A stretch of DNA of 64,000 bases. Source: Geosiphon pyriformis uo1. Lineage: Eukaryota; Fungi; Glomeromycota. Shown in pieces: positions 52,001 to 64,000 of this stretch. A program made the position numbers and the translations under genes. The stretch covers positions 386,394-450,393 of the forward strand of contig JAAOMT010000261.1 in the NCBI GenBank assembly GCA_016748015.1. Direction: 5' to 3'. Positions within the stretch are counted from its first letter, which is position 1; every line of letters starts with the position of its first letter. The notes below the pieces were generated by a model. That model did no database searches. It was not told the DNA's origin and saw only the letters and a program-made list of their open reading frames with translations.

Positions 52001-54350
52001 AGCCGACCAGGAATCTCAGAAATTTTACACACATGACAAGCTAGAGAAATGTCCATAATAATGGCAATACCAGAACCCAAGTTGCCAGAGTCTGTACTAA
52101 AAGTGAAAACATAGACACTATCAAACCTATCAGAAATCCACAAATAAGCCTTACTCTGTAACTTGGTCTCAGTAAAAATTGAAATCAAATTGCCTATATC
52201 CTTGTGCCAGTGAACAATATCCTCCTGTTTTGTAGGATTGTTCATACTCCAAACATTGCAAGTAGTAATTTTTCAAATTAAACTAATTATTAAGATAGAA
52301 GAAGGACTAACAAACCCAAACTAGAACACAAAGAGTCCAATCTTACCAATATCAAACTAACTGAAACTTTCAAAGCCATCATCTTTGATTTCAAACCACC
52401 CACCTTGGTTGTAAGTACCTTCGAACTGCTCAAACTTAGTTTGGGTATAGCATTTTTGACCACTGCAAGAGAAGGAGAAAAGAACACCACCATGCCATCT
52501 ACAGCCATACTTAAATCCAAAGCTGAGTCCAAGGGAAGAGAACACAAGATGGTGATGATATTGGCACCAATTTCACAAAGCTCAATTTCTTTAAAACTTC
52601 TGAAATCTGATCTGACAAAAGCTCCAAGAAGCATTCCAAAGAAGTCATATGGTTGGCTAAACCAGAATCATCAAGAAGGTTAGAAGCCATCTCTAAAAAT
52701 TTCATACTTAAAAGTGGATCAGCACCAGAAGGAACTGACAAGGCCACATGAGAAAAAGAGCCACCTGTAATTTAAGCCCAAGTTTTTCTACTAAAAAACA
52801 CTAAACAGGCAATCAAAGCCTGCTTCCTCTTATAAATATTAACTAAATAAACCTGATCTTGAGAAGACACCACCCACTTATAATGAGTTTCAGAATTCCC
52901 ACCAACCAAACACACATCAAAAATATGACCAAATTGTTTACACTTGGTGCAACAAGCCAGAAAAAAACCAGCCCAGTATAAATTCACACTCTTAAATACT
53001 GGAGTAGAACTAATAGCAGCCAATTTGAATGTCTTATTATTAAAACAGACCACTGCACATCTATTATGCACATATGAGCTAAAATTATGGCCAATGAAGC
53101 AAGTTTTCCCATCATACAAATTCAACAAATTTGATAAATCATGAGCAGTAATGTCTACTGGCAAAATGTATAACAAAGCCCAATAACAATCCTTAACTAC
53201 CCACAATTTTTTGTTATTTGTAGCCAATACAACACAAACAGAATCCTTACCCACAAGAATTAACCATTTGGAGATGACCAAGCTAGCCACATCTGATAAC
53301 ACAAATTCTACTACAGTCTTTTGCTAAAGCCCAATCAGTTGCATCCTAATTGAAATCACCTAACTAAATTTAGAGAAAACTGACTCAATTGCTGATCTAG
53401 AAAGATCTACTGGGATCTTCTTAATGATTACTTTCTGATTCAATCGGCTATTTACCTTCTTAAGACTATTATTAACAAAAATTTTTTTACAGATTGCCAT
53501 ATTTTTAGTCTTATTCAAGCTCAATTTCGAAGTAAATGAAGATCTGATAATCCCTGGGAATTTTAAGGAAGCAGTGGCTCTCCTAAAACTATCAATTCAA
53601 TAAAAAATTTTTTTATTGAAATTAACTTGTTACTAACAGATTTGCCTGGAATAGCCAAAAGCTCAATATCTAATGTGAAAAATTTTACTGGCTCGAAACT
53701 TCTCTTTTCTAGAACATGTGACTTGGCACTCGACAGCTGATTGAAACCTTGAAACTTGGGAGACTGGAGCTCCAAAACATCATCGACATCACTTATATTA
53801 TTGAAAAAAGGTTTTTTTGGCAGTAGTCCCAGAACATACATTCTCATTCATGTTTTTCTCAGAATCGTATCATCCACTATATCATCAGTCTCAAAATTAT
53901 TGGAATTCACGTAACTTGTTTTCTCTGCCACCATGTTGTTTATGTTTTCCAAGTTAGACACCTCACTAATATTAGCATCCTCACTTTCTACTTTGCTATT
54001 CCAAAACATTTTGTGCTTCAAATTGCTAGCTTGTAAAACATTGCCAGAAACAGGACCAGCTGACAAATTTACCACACCACCAGTTATACTAGGATTCTTG
54101 GATTTTTTGTATGAAGAGCCACAAGAGTATATATTTTCAATATGTGCTTTTTTATTATTATTAGACCAAGTCCCCAATTCAGCTGAAACAGAATTAAAAC
54201 CACCAGCAGAGAAGCCTACTGGTTTTATCACAACAAAAGAAAAAAAGTTGGAAGAAATATTTAGAAAAAAGAAAAAAAACAAAGAAAAAAAGAAAAAAGA
54301 CTAAATAAAACTTCGTTTTTGTTGTGGTCAGGAGATCGACAAGAGAAAAA
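49097..54350 (-). mobile_element. LINE copy F, 5' intact, 3'-truncated before RNase H
   Basis: ORF1 about 52287-54228; APE 51403-52245 (MNNPTKQ, FTETKL, DTDH); RT fragments down to about 49100. Confidence 0.9.
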
Positions 54351-54689
54351 AAAATTTCTTATTTTTTTTATTATAATGTTTTTTAAAAAATTTTATGTTA
54401 TTTAAATTATTTAATAATTACTTTTATAATATAAAATATTCTAGTATTTTAATTATTTTTATATTTTTCTGAATTATTACTAATATTTTTGGTATTCTAA
54501 AATTTTTGCCAATATTTTTGAAATTTCTAATACTTTTAATATTTTAAATTAAATATAATTTATGTATTTTATATATATAATTAATTATTTAAGTTAATTT
54601 TATAAAAATAAATTTATTTAAAGCAATTATTTTATGTAAAATTATAATTAAATTATTATTATTAAAAACCAAATTAAATTTAAACTAAT

Positions 54690-57600
54690 TTTTCTCTTGT
54701 TGATTTCTTGGTCACAACAAGAACTAGATTATACCAAATAAATAAATTTTTTTTACTTTTTTTTCTTTCAACATACCTTTGTTTATGATTATGGATCTAC
54801 CAGATTCTTCTGCTAAAGATTCAGTGACAGGTTTGGCTGGATTGGGGACTCAGACTAGCACTAAGAAAAAAGTGTGTGTTGAGAATATCTACTTTTGTGA
54901 ACCCTTATACAAGAAGCTTAAGAATCTTGGTGTCACTGATGGCATGATAAATTTATTGACTGGCCCCATATCTGTCAATAGTTTACATACTGATAATGAA
55001 GAACACAAGGTTTCTTGGAGTAGTAAAGTTGAAAGAGAAAATACAAGTGTGAGTGAAGTGTTTGACATTGAAAACATGAAAAATACCATTGCTGAAAAAG
55101 TGAGTTACATGAATTTCAATACTTTTGAAACTAATGACATAATGAATAATACAACTCCGAAAAAAATGCGAACTAGAACATATGTTCTTAGACAGCCACC
55201 AAAGGTGTCATTTTTTAATGACTTGAATGAAAACAAGTCCATATTGAAGCTTCCAGTGCCTAAATTTGTTGGTTCCAGAAAGTTGCCATTGATTGATTTA
55301 TGTAGCAAGGATATAAGAAGTTTTGACTCAAAGAAATCATATGTATTGGATATTAATTTGTTAGCCATGTCTAAAAAGTCTTCTAGTGATAAATTGTTGA
55401 CTCTAAAAAAAATTTTTATTGTGTAGATGGTTTTGGGAGGGGGGATGTCCACTCCCTCAAAATTTCCTGGGCTAATTAGGTCTTTTTTCACTTCAAAGTT
55501 GAGTATGCTAAAGACTAGAGAATTGGCTATTATTGCCAAAATCTTAGTCAATGATAATATTAGAAAACCAAACATCAGATCGAATCAGGAAGTGATCATC
55601 AAGGAGATTCCAGTAGATTTTTCCAAATCAGCATTGGAATCTGTGCTCTTTAAATTTGGTCAGGAAATTTTGATTAAAATACAATTAATTAGACTTTGGC
55701 AAAAGACTATAGTAAAATTTGAGTCATCAAATATGACTAGCTTAGTCACTTCTAAATAATTAGTTCTCATGGATAAGAATTCTGTTTGTGTGACATTGGC
55801 TGTTAATAACAAAAAATCATAAGTAATTAGAGATTGTTATCAGACTTTATTGTATACTTTGTCAATGGGCATTACTGCTTATGATTTATCAGATTTGCTA
55901 GATTTGTATAATAGAAAAACTTGCTTTATTGGTTATAATCTTGGTTTGTATATTTGTAATAGATGTGCTATGATATGTTTTGATAATAAGACATTCAAAT
56001 TGGCTATTATTGGTTCTATTTTAGTTTATAAGAGTGTAAATTTGTGCTGGATTGGGCTTTTTTTGGTCTGTTGTACACAATGTAAACAGTTTGGTCATAT
56101 CTCTGTTGATTGTTCAGTGGGTGAAAATGTTGGTGATTATGGTAGGCATGTGGTATTTCTTCAAGATCAGGTTTGGTTGGCCAACATTTATAAGAAAAAG
56201 CAGGCATCTATTATTCACCCAGTTTCTTTCAGTGACAAAACTTGGGCCCAAGTTGCTGGTGGTCTTTTTTCTTATATGGTTCTTTCATTTCTTTCTGGTG
56301 CTGGTTCTTTTCCTAGTGCTGAATTGTCTTCTGGTACAGTGTTTTTTTATTTATCTTTGCTCCTTTTAGTGTTTCTGGTTTGTATAATTGTTTAGTGTCT
56401 TTGGAACATTCTTTGGAACTTTTAGCCAATCAAGTTTCTGGTGTTTTAAAAAAATTGAGTTTTGTGGAATTAGTGCCCTTACCACCTGTTTCTCAAGTGC
56501 CCCCTCTGGCTGTTTCTGTATCTTTGACTTTAAGCTTGAATTCTGATATGGCTTTGGATAGTGTGTTAATGCTTTCTGTTTTTCCTTTTTCTGTTGTTGA
56601 TAATAATGTATCTAGTTTTGGTTCAAGTAGCTCCAAGACTCTAACCATCAAAGTGGATGGCTTAAAGTCAAAAATAGTGTCTTTGAAAGCTTTAATCAGT
56701 TTAATGCTGGTTAAATTAAATTATTTGTGCTCTGGTTCAGGTTTCTTATTGTCTTCTTCATCCCAATAAGTGGTTTGGTGTAGAAATTTACAATGTGTAA
56801 TATTAGAAGTATCAATGTTCTTGCAAAGCAAGTGGACATTATTCATTGGTATATGAGTTTTGATTGTATGGTGTCTTTTATTATGGAAACTAAATTGCAG
56901 TCTAGTGTTAAGTTTTGAATTGCTAATAAGTTTGAGAGTGTATGTGTTTTCATGTCTGGTTTGGATAAAGAATTTTTTGGTGCTAGAATGGCTGTGATTA
57001 TGAACAATTTTTTGGCTTGTTATGTGTCTAAGATAAAAGAGGTCCCTAGTCAAGTTATTTTGGTATGGCTTTTATTCAAAGACAAGCTTTCAGTTATGAT
57101 TCTGGAGTTGTATGCTGGTGCTTTTTCTAAAACCAGATTTGGTCAGGCTCTAACTGTAAACTTTTTTATTGTAAAGACTATTAACTCTAGCACTTTTATG
57201 GTTTTGGATGGAGATTTCAATGAGAATGGGTCTGAAAGGAATGTAAGCTTTAAGCTCTGTTTGAATTTAGGTTTGGTTAATTTGTTTACTAACTATCATT
57301 TAGTGAAAACTTCTACATGATGCAATTCTAAAGGGGTTGAAAAAACTATTGATTACATTTTTGTCAGTAAGAATTTATCATTTGCTGTCACTAGTTATCA
57401 GGTCTGCTCTGTTTCCAGTTTTTTTAATACCAATTACAATACTGTCTTGGTTTCGATTGGCTTGGGTGGGCTCTTAAATGTTTGTTTAAATAGCTTGCAC
57501 AAACAGGCTAATAAAGATTGTTGAAAGTTCAAAATTAAAGATGCAAATAATACCAAATGGATGAAATTTAGAGAGTGCTCATTTGCCAAACTCTTAGAAG

Positions 57601-60600
57601 TAAGAAACAAATTCTCTAGTGCCAAAATTTGGGGTGATATAGATACTATGTAGGCAGTTTTGGAAAAAATAATAGTTAGTGCAACTAATAAAATTTTCAC
57701 AAAACATTGGTTTAGTAAATTTTGGTGTTTGAAAAACAAACATTTATCTAAGTTTTTCAGATTGAAACTGTTAGTGACTAAAATAGTTAAGTATTTAAGC
57801 TTGGGTAATGTCTTTGGTTTTGATTATCTAGTTGGGAAATGGTCATCTCTGAATGTTGACAAAGCTTTTATGATAACAGAGATAGTTCAGAATAGTGGAA
57901 GGTTGATAAACATTTGTTTTTGGTTAGGAAGAAATATTGAAGATCTAAAATATTTAAATTTAAATTGGTTAAAAAGACTTCTATTAGAAAGGCAATAAAG
58001 AAACATATGGAGAAATTTTGCTTTGATAAAGGTGGCATGATTAGAAGTGTGTTGGATTGGCCCTTTTACAAGGTAGTTTTGGATCACTTAATAATAGGTA
58101 ATGAACTGATTTTGGAATTAGATAAGGTAAAACTCAGTGTTAATAAAATTATAGAGAGTTGAACAAGAAAGTGGAGTGTGCCCTTAGTGATGCTTAATCT
58201 TTGGATTTGCCAATATGCACTATTGAATTATGTGAAAAACAAGACTTTTTCTGGTGTAATATGTACAATCAGTATAAGTGAGTTGCTCATGATTGTTGAT
58301 GGTCTGTCTAATAACAAAGCTGCTGGCTTGTCTGGCATTTCTAATAAACTGTGAAAGCATAGTAGTAAAAAATTATTGAAATGTCTTTTGAAGCTGTTGA
58401 ATATGTGCTTGGTAGTTGGGAATGTTCCAATTTTGTGGAAAAGAGCATGAATTTTGATGATTCCTAAATCTTATGACTGGAAGAAAGTTCTTACAAACAC
58501 TTAACTTATTGCACTGATCAAAACTGCCAAGAAAATTCTTTCCAATAGGATTTTATCTGTGTGCAACAAGTTTGGTGTTCTTTGTGGTAATAATTTTTTG
58601 GTTTTGAAAGATATGGCTATTCAATTCCTTATATTTGCAGTTGGTTCAATAATTAAGGACATGCTAAAGAAGAGTTAAGAACTTTGGTTAGTTTTGCAGA
58701 ACATGTACAAAGCATATAACTCAGTTGGTTGGCATTATTTGGAGACTAGCTTAAGGTGAATCAAAATGTGTAATAGGTTTATTAAATTTTTTGGTAGCAT
58801 ACATAATAATAGGATCAATAAAGTTATGACTGATTTCGGCTTTTTAGAAAGCTATAAAGTGCATGATAGTTTGGATTAGGATGAAGTTTTCTTCTCCTTC
58901 TTATGAAAAATTTTTTATGATCTACTTTTGTGTAAGATCAAGTGACATGAATATTTGTGTAGTTATTAAATTGACACTAAATTTGTGAGAAAGACTGGCA
59001 GAATTAAGAATAGTGGTGGTTTGTTTTCATATTTTGCAGCTGGTGTGTTTGTGGATAATACAATTTGAGTTAGTAATTGTCTGGCTTCAATGCAGTATAC
59101 TCTGAACATTGCCAGTAAGTTTTTCTTGATCAACAATATTTCTATTAATAATGATAAAATGGTGGCTATTCCAATTAACCAGGATTTTAAGATTGCTGTT
59201 TTGAGTGTTAGTGGCCAGCCTATTTCAATAGCCAAGAAGAGTGAGACACACAGGTATCTGAAAATTTTTTTGTTGACTGAGAGTTTGTCTAAGTCAAGTG
59301 TAGCTAAAGCTTACTTGAATATATGTTTCTTTGTGAATATGGTGTTTAGGAAGATTATTATGGACAAACAATTTTCTTATTTGGTATTAGCCATTTTGCA
59401 ACTCATTGTTAATTATAGAATCTAGTTTATTTTCATATTATTGAGTGTATATTACAAGTAGAATGTTATGATCAGAAAGGGCTTTAAATTTAAGATAAAT
59501 TTGTTGCATGATTTTTTTAATAAGGCTCTGCACTATCTATTATTGTATGGTCTAAAGTTTTTTGAACAAGTGCAATTGGAGAATAAATTGGCTTTTATGG
59601 TCTTATTTTCTAATACTTCTAACATTATTGGTTAGTTATTTTATTATAGATTCTTAGATCTGCAGGTTTTGGGATGGGCTCCTTTGAATTCTTTGCAGTT
59701 TCTTGTTAAGTTGTTTGTTAGTCCTGTAAACAATTTTTTGGCTGGTGTGATTAAGATTTTTTTAAGTAATAAACTGTTTTTGGCAAACAATTTGTCCAAT
59801 GTCTTTTATTGTTCTAGTGTTTTTTCTATGTCGTTTATTCTTGAAAAGGCTTTATATCTTAGTTTTGTTTATTCTTTAAAGTGTTTCAGAGTTGTTTTTG
59901 GTAATAAGCTCTTTGATAAAAAAAGCTGTATTATGGATTGGAAAACTTTCTGTTAGTAAAAGAAATTGGATCTCAGAGGCCCTGTTCCTTACTGGTTTGA
60001 TGTTACATCAAAGTTTCTACACAGTAATAGTTCTTTGCTGCTGGTTTTTTCTGTTTCTTTTTAGCCAGATAGATTGAGTATTTTGAATTCTAAAAAGTTT
60101 ACTAAAGTGCAAGATGGTTTGCATAAGATTTGGTCTGACTTGTTTAAGGTTTATTCCAATGGTTTATTGAGGAATGCCAGCTTTGCTGGTGTGATTAGTG
60201 GTGCTGCTGCATATTTTCTAGCATTAGACATAAGTGTTGATATAGGGGTACATGGCCTTGTCTCTTCTACTATAACTGAGTTGTAGACTGTTGTTTTGTC
60301 TCTAAAGTATGTGCCATCTTCTTGTTTCTTGGTTTTATATCTTGACAGTCAAGCAGCTATTAATACATGTATGTCAGAGATGGCTTTGGCTGCACCTGAT
60401 TTCTGCAATCAATGCTGAATTAAAAGGAGGCATATTTTTAATTTGATTAGAGATAAAAATCTCACAGTTAGTTGGGTTAAAGTCAAGAGTCATTCTGGGT
60501 TTTGTGATAATGATAAAGTGAATGCTGCTGCTGGTGTGGCTGCTGGTTTTTCTTTTTATTTGCTAGTAGGTGTGCATGAACATTTTTTGTTGGCTGAAAA

Positions 60601-61550
60601 CACTACTGTCTCCAACATTTTGTCAAGAATATTTTTAGGTCTGTTTGTCATGCTCAGTAGAAGACTGGTTCTAGCCATAATGTGGTTTCTGGTTTATTTG
60701 TTATGGATATTGATTGAGACATTATTGCAAAAGTTTGGCACCTGGATTCACATATGCTTGCTGGTTCTACAAATTAGAAGTTGTTCAATCTTTGTACTTA
60801 CTTAATGAAGACAATATATAGGCATTTGCCTATGGCTGTCAAGAAAAGATTGTATAATAAAGATTATCCTGGTGTGCTGTGTTTGTTGTGTGATATGATA
60901 AAGTTGTCAGATCACATTTTCACTTGTGGTCAAGATGTTGGTATTTGGAGTGAGATTTTGGCAGAAGTCTCCATGTGATGAACCACTTTGGTAAGTATTC
61001 CTAGTCTGTTTTTTTCTTCTGTCATTTTGAGGACACTCTCTTATTGTTTGTCAGATTCTGAAACTTATGCTGTTATATACAAAAAATTTGTGCTTGGGAA
61101 TTGGTTTGTAGAGATCATTGGGATTTTTAATTGTAGAAAAAAAGCCATCTCCACTGTTGTTAATTTTGTAAGATACTTGGTGGAAATACATCATTCTAGA
61201 ATATGGCTGTTGAGATCAAAATTTAGTATTGATATAGAAAAAACTGGTTTGGTTGAGGATGGTAGTGTTAGATTTGTCTTGTGATTTAGTGTCTATTTTT
61301 TCAAATAGTATAATTAGGATGCTTAGTATTGTTGAGTCTTTTGCTGTTAGTTTTGGCCATCAAAGACTTTGTCTTTTTTACTTTGATTTGGGTAGTAATG
61401 TTTGTGTTCATATAAGTATGCAGTATTGTCTTGTTTGGTCTAAGTGGCTAGCCACATGTAGTAAGTACATGAGTTGTATTTAGTTTAAACCACTTAGTTT
61501 GGCTTTATGTACTAAATAGTGGTTGGGCTTCACTTATTAAGCTTTAATAA
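54690..61550 (+). mobile_element. LINE copy G, full length, heavily mutated (ORF1 to 56769; ORF2 56766 to about 61423)
   Basis: 5' motif TTTCTCTTGTTGATTTCTTGGTCACAAC, APE/RT/RNase H fragments (DGDFNE, VKVKSHSG, CLLC...DHIFTC) and 3' UTR 61421-61545. Confidence 0.92.
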
Positions 61551-61889
61551 AAAAATATTAAACTTAATATTAAAAGTTTATAGTTTTTATAATATTATTA
61601 TTTTAACAAAGCATATTTATAAAATTTTTTAAAAAAAAATTTATTTGTATTAATAATTAGTTTTAAAATTATAACAATAATAAATAAAACCTAATTTTTA
61701 TTTAATATAATATAACAAACTAAGTGCTTTAAATTAAATATAATTTATGTATTTATTATATATAATTAATTACTTAAATTCACTATATATTTATTTGAAT
61801 TATAATTTTATTATTAATATTAAAAATAAATAAATTATATAAATACAAGCCAAACCTTATTTTAAATACTTTAATTATATCAAGCAGAT

Positions 61890-62280
61890 ATATTATATTA
61901 TTAGACAAAATATTAAGTAAATTACCAAGCAAAAAAAAATGATATTAAATACAAATATTAAATTATTTTTCTTTATATTAATCTTAAACTTAATTTTTAA
62001 TAACCAAATCTTACTATAATAATCTACAATCAAACTGCATATAAATTTAAAAAGTTTTGAAACAAAAATTTTAATATTACCATAAATTACATATACTTTC
62101 TTAAAAAATTGGAATAATGTAACACATGTATTAATTAAAAAAATCCAATGCAAAAAATAAGCATCTAAAACTTAATGCAGAAATGCATCTGATTTGCAAA
62201 CAAAAGCATAATCTAAAAATTCAATGTCATTACACAACAGACACAAAACACTAAGTTTTGTTATAGGTAACCTACTATAA
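61890..62280 (-). mobile_element. Extremely decayed LINE ORF2 C-terminal fragment
   Basis: Minus strand reads ...SVLCLLCNDIEFLDYAFVC... and IWLLKIKFKINIKKNNLI, matching the ORF2 CCHC and C-terminus of the other copies. Confidence 0.65.
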
Positions 62281-62357
62281 ACTACTTTCAATATATAGGT
62301 ATACAAACATTTAAAACCAGCCCATGAAATTTATAACCGTCTTTTATGGAACTTTGA

Positions 62358-62740
62358 NNNNNNNNNNNNNNNNNNNNNNNNNNNNNNNNNNNNNNNNNNN
62401 NNNNNNNNNNNNNNNNNNNNNNNNNNNNNNNNNNNNNNNNNNNNNNNNNNNNNNNNNNNNNNNNNNNNNNNNNNNNNNNNNNNNNNNNNNNNNNNNNNNN
62501 NNNNNNNNNNNNNNNNNNNNNNNNNNNNNNNNNNNNNNNNNNNNNNNNNNNNNNNNNNNNNNNNNNNNNNNNNNNNNNNNNNNNNNNNNNNNNNNNNNNN
62601 NNNNNNNNNNNNNNNNNNNNNNNNNNNNNNNNNNNNNNNNNNNNNNNNNNNNNNNNNNNNNNNNNNNNNNNNNNNNNNNNNNNNNNNNNNNNNNNNNNNN
62701 NNNNNNNNNNNNNNNNNNNNNNNNNNNNNNNNNNNNNNNN
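62358..62740. other. Assembly gap (N run)
   Basis: 383 consecutive n characters. Confidence 0.99.
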
Positions 62741-62742
62741 CT

Positions 62743-62946
62743 CTGTTTTCTGCAAAGTCCAAGAGACTAATATTAAAACGTAAACGGCAAGAATCTTTGC
62801 AAAAATCAATGGCTGATGCGCGTCGGGAATTAGAAGAGGAAATTCGGATTGAAGCTGAACATGAAGCGCAGAAACTAGAAAAAATTTCACAAGTTGAAGA
62901 ACGTATCAAAAAATTTCAGCTCGTGCAAGAGAGTATAACTTTTTAA
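62743..62946 (+). CDS. Probable coding exon, charged coiled-coil segment (5' part in the gap)
   Basis: Open frame LFSAKSKRLILKRKRQESLQKSMADARRELEEEIRIEAEHEAQKLEKISQVEERIKKFQLVQESITF*, with CpGs retained. Confidence 0.5.
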   Translation: MFSAKSKRLILKRKRQESLQKSMADARRELEEEIRIEAEHEAQKLEKISQVEERIKKFQLVQESITF

Positions 62947-62990
62947 TTTGATATTTTTTAGAGAATACAAATTTACAGATTAAGTTATAG

Positions 62991-62991
<1 letters not shown>

Positions 62992-63025
<34 letters not shown>

Positions 63026-63036
63026 CATTATTATTA
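62992..63036. repeat. (TTA)n microsatellite
   Basis: About 14 near-perfect TTA units. Confidence 0.9.
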
Positions 63037-63176
63037 ATTTTAAATAAACCAGATTCAACTAATTGCGGTTGAAAATTATTTTCTAAGTTGATTTATGCAA
63101 AAACCATAGTTTTTCAACATTGATCAACAGTTACACCAATATACTTTCCATTATTCTAATCATTCTTCTTGTATAT

Positions 63177-64000
63177 TTATGACCGCAACCTTTTTTTCTT
63201 TGGTGAAATGTTCACAGGATCAAGTTCGTCTTCGTCACCTGACTGATCAGAGCTTGCAACGTATGAAATAATATCTTCAGCACTCGAGATAATGATGTCC
63301 TAATAATGTTGAGAATATTAGTTACATCCATATATGCCAATGCCCCTTTCATGTGTATTAAACACCTACCCGCATTCTCCATAAGCTTGACAAAAATTTT
63401 GGCAACGTTTTAAAGGCAAGGAAGGAATTGGTTGGGCACTCAAAATTAAACTCTTGCTTGAAGTAATATATTCCATGAAAAGGCATCGACATAGTGTAAA
63501 TGTAAAATGATTTGTCTATAAAACATAACAGGAGACATGAGAATGTACAACGAACTATAAAAATCTGCTTGGTCAACAAAACTTACCATAGATTTGTATA
63601 CCATAAACCTTGATTTTTCGGAATTGTTCAAAATTCCCTGTATGTTTTTTTCTGATAAAATTTAAAATAATTTTCAAATTCTTTGCGATTTTGTTTCGAT
63701 CTCCAACATAGTGGGTATGGTCGGAATTTGATGGGGAAGAAGAGACTTCTAGAACAGAAAATTCGAGACCTAATTCCGTTAACATTATGATAGCATCAAT
63801 TTTGCTTCCAGGACTTCGACGATTGTTATCTTGTTGAGAAGCGTTGAGCAGGATTGCTGAACACCGCAAAGCTTGTTCACCCCTACAGCAACAGAACAAT
63901 TAACAATAAATAAATAAATAAATAAATAAAAATAATGTAATTAGGTTAGAACTTACCAAGCAAAATTTAAATAATGGATATCTTTAAATAAAATGATGAA
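63177..64000 (-). CDS. Spliced gene, 3' part: PD-(D/E)XK-like nuclease-fold protein with C-terminal NLS-like motif; exons 63957->64000, 63587-63882, 63370-63515, 63177-63299
   Basis: Three 70-74 nt GT-AG introns with consistent phases give ...LNFAWGEQALRCS...GSKIDAIIMLTELGLEFSVLEVSS...GDRNKIAKNLK...YGIQIYDKSFYIYTMSMP...ISPKKKRLRS*. Confidence 0.8.

Noticed and set aside
1318-59235. Dozens of 60-150 aa ORFs antisense to LINE and LTR coding regions
   Set aside because: They are shadow frames of the retroelement genes, with no motifs and no consistent boundaries between copies.
62288-62909. ORFs of 148-200 aa spanning the N run
   Set aside because: Artefacts of translating the assembly gap.

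Overview
Eukaryotic, AT-rich, transposon-packed window. It is probably fungal and Glomeromycotina-like, inferred from ~70-nt GT-AG introns and the protein families present. Positions 1-62.3 kb are almost entirely retroelements, CpG-depleted and riddled with C>T/G>A stops. There are six ~6.7-6.9 kb-type LINE copies (A, B, C, E, F, G) with ORF1 (3 RRM-like domains + CCHC) and ORF2 (APE-RT-RNase H-CCHC), separated by extremely AT-rich spacers; E and F are fused and 3'-truncated. A 2.25 kb ORF1-only element (D) carries the LINE 3' tail. LINE A hosts two nested Ty3/gypsy-type LTR elements. Element 2 (12791-22982) is complete: gag-PR-Cys-rich-dUTPase-RT-RH-IN plus an extra 3' ORF. Element 1 (2486-9437) lacks RT-RH-IN but keeps gag, PR, dUTPase and a homologous 3' ORF. 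After an assembly gap (62358-62740) CpG content returns, and a spliced PD-(D/E)XK-like gene and a coiled-coil exon appear. Best novelty candidates: (1) a HAL1-like ORF1-only element sharing a reconstructable 3' hairpin with the LINEs; (2) a dUTPase/Zn-finger Ty3 lineage with 4-bp TSDs and a conserved non-env third ORF; (3) a cryptic reading frame inside the element-2 LTR; (4) AUGA stop-start coupling of LINE ORF1/ORF2. All alignments and translations outside the ORF track were done by eye; no database search was run.
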